Shown here: positions 60,781-64,000 of the stretch, piece by piece | Position numbering within the stretch: position 1 is the stretch's first letter | Layout: each line of letters begins with the position of its first letter | From: Leucoraja ocellata | Lineage: Eukaryota | Reading direction: 5' to 3' | Length of the DNA stretch: 64,000 nt | NCBI GenBank assembly: GCA_036785375.1 | Contig: JAWMAR010000543.1 | Location: 124,001-188,000, forward strand | Notes under the pieces: model-generated | The model's database searches: none | What the model was told of the DNA's origin: nothing | The model's input: only the letters and a program-made list of their open reading frames with translations | Program-made: the position numbers and the translations under genes

Positions 60781-63503
60781 GATGGTAATGAGTTCTGTCT
60801 GTGAGTTGTTCAGTGGGGCAGTTGCTGACGGGGATGGAAGATAATAGGGTTCCTGCAGACACAGCCAGTGGACACTGTGTCTATAGAGTACAGTCGCTCA
60901 CCGCCCTGTCCCTGTCGGCCTTCATATGTCCCAGGTCAGATTTTGCTTTGATTTCAGCAGTCCGTTGCCAATGGCAACGGCGTTACTGCTGCAATGTAGC
61001 CGGGCACTCGCTCCTGTTCAACAATCCCCACCCCCTGTGATGCAGAAATGGCTGCCTCTCACCTTCCTACAGACGCTCCTGCCCACCCAATTTGTTTCTG
61101 GGTACACAGCCCCCCACCATTCCTGATCGCTGCAGTTTTTGAATTAGCATGGAGGGGGTGGAGGGGAAGGGGGGGTAGGGGGGGGGGGGGTGCTGGCAGG
61201 AGAGGCATGGTTATGATACAAAAGCCAATTGGTTCATTACTGACCAATGCTGAATTGTACTTACCCAACCTGGGCAACTCCCATATGGTTGACTCAACAG
61301 TCCACTTAAGCATCTTAACAAGGAACCCTGTTGTATCAAACTGTTACACAGGGCAACAACAGATAAGCAATAAATGCTGGTCTTGCCAGAAAACCCTCAT
61401 CCCAAGAATTAATTTGAAAACCCCTGATTGAGTGGATGAATTTGCCCTGTGGTCTGGCATTAGGAGGCCCACGGCTGATACAGATCTCTGCTGTCAGCAA
61501 CCTTCCCCTGGAATTTGTTACTATAGAGATACTGTTTTTTAGTGAATCAAGCAAGGTAACAGGCAAAATCGCCCAAACACCGATAATTGAACAGATTGTC
61601 CATTGGTACTTTTAGCAGAGGCCAATTCAGAGGAAGAAGTCCGTGTGCTTTTTTAAATAGTGCGGTGGAATTTTGTTGAAATTCTCAGATTGCAACAAGG
61701 TCAAGCTGAGAGTCCCTGAACTCATGTTATTCTGGCTGAACCAGTGAGAAAATGTTACAAATAACCAGGTCTGGCACCTTTGAAAAATAAACTTTGTTTG
61801 GACAAAGCTTGGTGTAGGGACAGCAGGAGTTGGACTACCGTTAACCGAAGACTGGATATTGAAGTACTCGGGTACCATTTGGCTATGGGAAAAGATCAAC
61901 GGATGGGTTTTGCTCTGCAAAATGCCAGTACAATCTTAAATAACCTGTACTGTTCTAATGCTGTAAACCTTGCAACTTTACATTCATTCTTATACCACTC
62001 AACAATTTTGGGCAGAAAGTTTAAAGGTCAGAGGAAAGCTGTGATGATCACCAATGTTACCTCTATGAGTCCAGATGGAAGTTATAGATTCTGAAGTGCC
62101 ATTTTGAAGGGGGAAAGTATTTCCCACCCAAGAATTAAAAATGATTTATCTGGTCACTATCCCATAGTTTGTTGGTAGGAGCTTGCGAAGCATAAACAGG
62201 GAGCCATCCATCCACCCTTATTTCAGCAATGCTACTTTACAAGCCCATCAACGGATGACAAGTAGTTGGCAAAAGGGAATTATTGAAATCCAATCGGGTT
62301 CTCTTCCTTTGTGCCTCCCCACGCAGAGGGTACCCTGCCAATTACCCTAACCCTTTTTAGTTTAGTTAAGATACAGCATGGAAATTTGCCCTTTGGTTTA
62401 CTGAGTCAAAGCCAAATATCAATCACCCTTTCACACTATTTCTACGTTATCCCATTATCTCATCCAATCCCAACAAACTGGGGACATTTTACAGAGGCCA
62501 ATTAACCTATCAAGCACCTGACATCAGGATTGAACCCGGGTCTCTGGCGCTGTGATGCAGCAGCTCTAGCAGCTGCACTAGTGTGTTGCCTATACACAAG
62601 ATACTGACCACCAAACTATCCTAGATAGGCCTGAGTTTACTCCTTACCTCCTAAATTATAGTACATCCCATTCTCCATGCTGACACTACTCATCGAAATG
62701 CAGACCTTATAATCTCCCCTTTCCTGAGGAGATCTAACCTATTGTACAGAGATTCCAGCCTGCCCCATAGTGGACCACTTCCACCATTGGTCAAAGCTCT
62801 CCAAATTCATTCGCGGGAGTTACAAATTTTCCTCACACCCTTTAAAGTGTAAATTGAGGAGGCATCCATTTTGTGCTGCACAAACCACAACATGAAGACA
62901 TTGCATTTCCTTTAAGACAGAGATCTGTTGATGTTGTTGAACAGCGCTTTACTGCGGCCCAGAAGTAACGGGTGAAGCTCACATGTGGTGGGGGTGCTAA
63001 GGGGTTCCTTCTCATTCACACATTCCCATTCTCGCCTCAATCCTTCCTCCTGCTTCCTTCTTAGAAAGTGCTCCTGTTGAGGACAATCTTGCTTTTCAAA
63101 ATGGCTTCCGAAGAGTTTGGGAAGATTTCCTCTCGACTGCATGGGCTGCTCAAACAGTCTCCCCACTCCTCCCATTTCAACATTATTACAATCAAATATT
63201 TACAACAGGTAAGAAAATAAAATTTTTACTTTAGTGCCCCAGTTTCTTTTAGTTGCTTGCCACATTGTCTCTAGGACTATCTTAGCTCCAGATTGAAGAG
63301 TGTGGAATAATGCTATGTTTCTCCTTTAGCACCTAACCACTACTTGAAAAGCCAGCTCTGTCCCAATCTCACCAATCATCAGAAGGTTATAGCAGCACCA
63401 TGGAAGGCAGTCCTGTGGGACAATCACCCTCCACCCACAACCACCCTCACCTCCCCCAAACACAGCCAACTCCTTGTCTCAGAAACTATCTCACGATGTA
63501 TAC

Positions 63504-63534
63504 CTGAATCCTTGTTCGGGCATTCCTTCTTCCT
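63504..63534 (-). CDS. SRGAP3: SRGAP3 31-nt small exon, (R)GRRNARTRIQ
   Basis: tttttctcttgctttactgctaacag acceptor, CAG/gtatac donor. The peptide resembles the short-isoform segment that precedes DSGQ in mammalian SRGAP3, as I recall it. It ends in phase 0 and so joins exon 58872. Confidence 0.8.
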
Positions 63535-64000
63535 CTGTTAGCAGTAAAGCAAGAGAAAAAACATAGATGAAGCAGAGAATAAAAGTAAGTTTCTCACGAT
63601 CCCATAGAGGCCTCAGGACAGGTTGGAGAAGCTGGAATGCAGTGGAAGCTTATTAGATCTGGGGCTGTTGGTACTTCCAATGTTCCCAGTACTGTAGTGT
63701 CAGTTCTTGGAAAAACAGTCACGTTGTCGTTAAAATCTAACTAAATCTAACTCTTGAATGAACACATTCTAAACCTGTCTGACCTATGAGAGGCGCCTGC
63801 CCCAACCTTAGCTGATCTTTAAATTCAGCTTCAAGGGCCTTGCAAAGTTCACCCAAGTGCCAAAGTGAGTAGTACATGCCATCTTGTCCATATCTCCAGA
63901 TTGAATATTGATGTGAAAGATGCTTTATTTACAATTGAGTAAAACAAAATTAGCAGGTTGGTTTTATTTCAGGAGTGTGCTAGAATCGTTGATCCTAACT

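Noticed and set aside
61265-61313. Possible SRGAP3 exon (aag acceptor, strong gtaagt donor at 61264)
   Set aside because: 49 nt would frameshift in a phase-0 intron, the peptide is unlike SRGAP proteins and the polypyrimidine tract is weak. A poison exon cannot be excluded without RNA data.

Overview
Eukaryotic (vertebrate) genomic DNA, most likely from a cartilaginous fish (skate/ray-like). That assignment is inferred from HE1-type V-SINEs plus abundant CR1 and Penelope repeats. Two spliced protein-coding genes lie on the minus strand, and I traced their exons by hand with GT-AG boundaries and continuous reading frame. (1) THUMPD3 (tRNA m2G methyltransferase): promoter and non-coding exon 1 at ~17.7-17.85 kb, then seven coding exons from 16610 down to 324; its 3' end runs off the left edge. 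(2) The 3' half of SRGAP3 (RhoGAP, SH3, C-terminal tail): exons from 63534 down to the stop at 34282. The rest is transposon-rich intron and intergenic DNA: CR1 and Rex/Babar-L2 LINE fragments, V-SINEs, Penelope-like elements (PLEs) and their palindromic derivatives, a gypsy LTR remnant with a tRNA-Trp PBS, non-autonomous Helitrons, hAT/Tigger/Harbinger MITEs and minisatellites. Most ORF-track entries are spurious or TE remnants. The most interesting observations are TSD-flanked palindromic PLE derivatives centred on a hammerhead-like core, a templated copy of THUMPD3 exon 1 about 1 kb upstream of it, a candidate 36-nt SRGAP3 microexon, a dense homeodomain/POU/Fox motif block in an SRGAP3 intron, and a gene orientation that differs from human. 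TE family names come from motif recognition, not from database searches.
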